A DNA stretch of 64,000 nucleotides, taken from positions 62,726 to 126,725 of the forward strand of contig CALSSY010000004.1 in assembly GCA_943789135.1 (NCBI GenBank), in the 5' to 3' direction. Every line of letters begins with the position of its first letter. Position 1 is the stretch's first letter. Below, one piece after another: positions 63,624 to 64,000 of this stretch. The notes below the pieces were generated by a model. That model was given only the letters and a program-made list of their open reading frames with translations. It did no database searches and was not told where the DNA came from. The DNA comes from an uncultured Bacteroidia bacterium. GTDB taxonomy: Bacteria; Bacteroidota; Bacteroidia; NS11-12g; UBA955. The translations under genes were made by a program, and so were the position numbers.

Positions 63624-64000
63624 TTAATAAGCCCATTTAACATAAATGGCGCCCCAGGTAAATCCACCACCAAATACACTAAGAATAAGGTTATCCCCTT
63701 TTTTGAATTTAGATTCGAAATCCCATAACAACAAGGGAAGCGTTCCTGCCGTTGTGTTGCCATATTTTTGTATGTTAATCAACACTTTAGAGGCATCTAA
63801 TCCCATGCGATTTGCAGTGGCATCAATAATTCGAAGATTTGCTTGATGTGGAACCAACCAATCAACATCATCCGATGTCAATCCATTTCTGGTCATAACA
63901 TCATAACTCACATCTGCCATGTTCGTAACGGCAAATTTAAAAACTGTTTTACCTTCTTGATACACATAATGCTGACGTGCATCAATAGTTTCATGAGTTG
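63624..64000 (-). CDS. fabH: beta-ketoacyl-ACP synthase III, C-terminal part (the gene continues beyond the window)
   Basis: C-terminal '[12 protein letters not shown]...[15 protein letters not shown]' motif. Confidence 0.8.
   Translation of the reverse strand, partial: THETIDARQHYVYQEGKTVFKFAVTNMADVSYDVMTRNGLTSDDVDWLVPHQANLRIIDATANRMGLDASKVLINIQKYGNTTAGTLPLLLWDFESKFKKGDNLILSVFGGGFTWGAIYVKWAY

Noticed and set aside
1-64000. Search for CRISPR arrays, tRNA/rRNA genes, IS elements/transposases, integrases or phage genes
   Set aside because: I saw no short direct repeats with regular spacers, no T-loop 'GGTTCGAATCC'-like motif in any intergenic region, and no transposase- or integrase-like ORFs. 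The gene disruptions are point indels, not insertion sequences.

Overview
This 64-kb window is a chromosomal segment from a Bacteroidota (Flavobacteriia- or Cytophagia-like) genome of roughly 40% GC. The phylum assignment rests on gene content: two T9SS C-terminal sorting-domain proteins, an SprF-like outer-membrane domain, a GxxExxY protein, TIGR02757, and no Shine-Dalgarno dependence. Most of the window is housekeeping genes: dnaE, recF, ald, purN, trxA, rseP, maeB, fumC, folP, rpe, sppA, lon, pfkA, recN, rnhA, cinA, guaA and fabH. It also carries a tetR-tolC-MFP-RND efflux operon and several secreted or surface proteins. I found no rRNA, tRNA, CRISPR array, IS element or phage gene.

Two things stand out.

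1. Many otherwise conserved genes are split across adjacent reading frames by 1-bp indels. The affected genes are the glcD-like oxidase, a histidine kinase and response regulator pair, an HI0933-like flavoprotein, a family-2 glycosyltransferase, DUF58, a TonB-dependent receptor, the lon N-domain, pfkA, rnhA, cinA, guaA, a PBP-like lipoprotein and an rsmB-like methyltransferase. They cluster at 0.9-6.5 kb and 53-63.6 kb. I pinpointed three of the indels to single extra T residues, two of them in short T runs. This is either local sequencing or assembly indel error or genuine gene decay.

2. A 1296-aa protein (36526..40416, minus strand) joins an N-terminal outer-membrane beta-barrel-like domain to an ~800-aa coiled coil built from tandem repeats. 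Each repeat begins with a conserved Cys motif, (E)DCTPYK. I do not recognise this architecture as any characterised family.

Other notable items: a tightly packed lon / 51-aa membrane ORF / thioredoxin-fold (no CxxC) / coiled-coil membrane protein gene string, a secreted vWA protein with a T9SS type-A C-terminal domain, and a dyad-symmetric operator-like element upstream of fumC.
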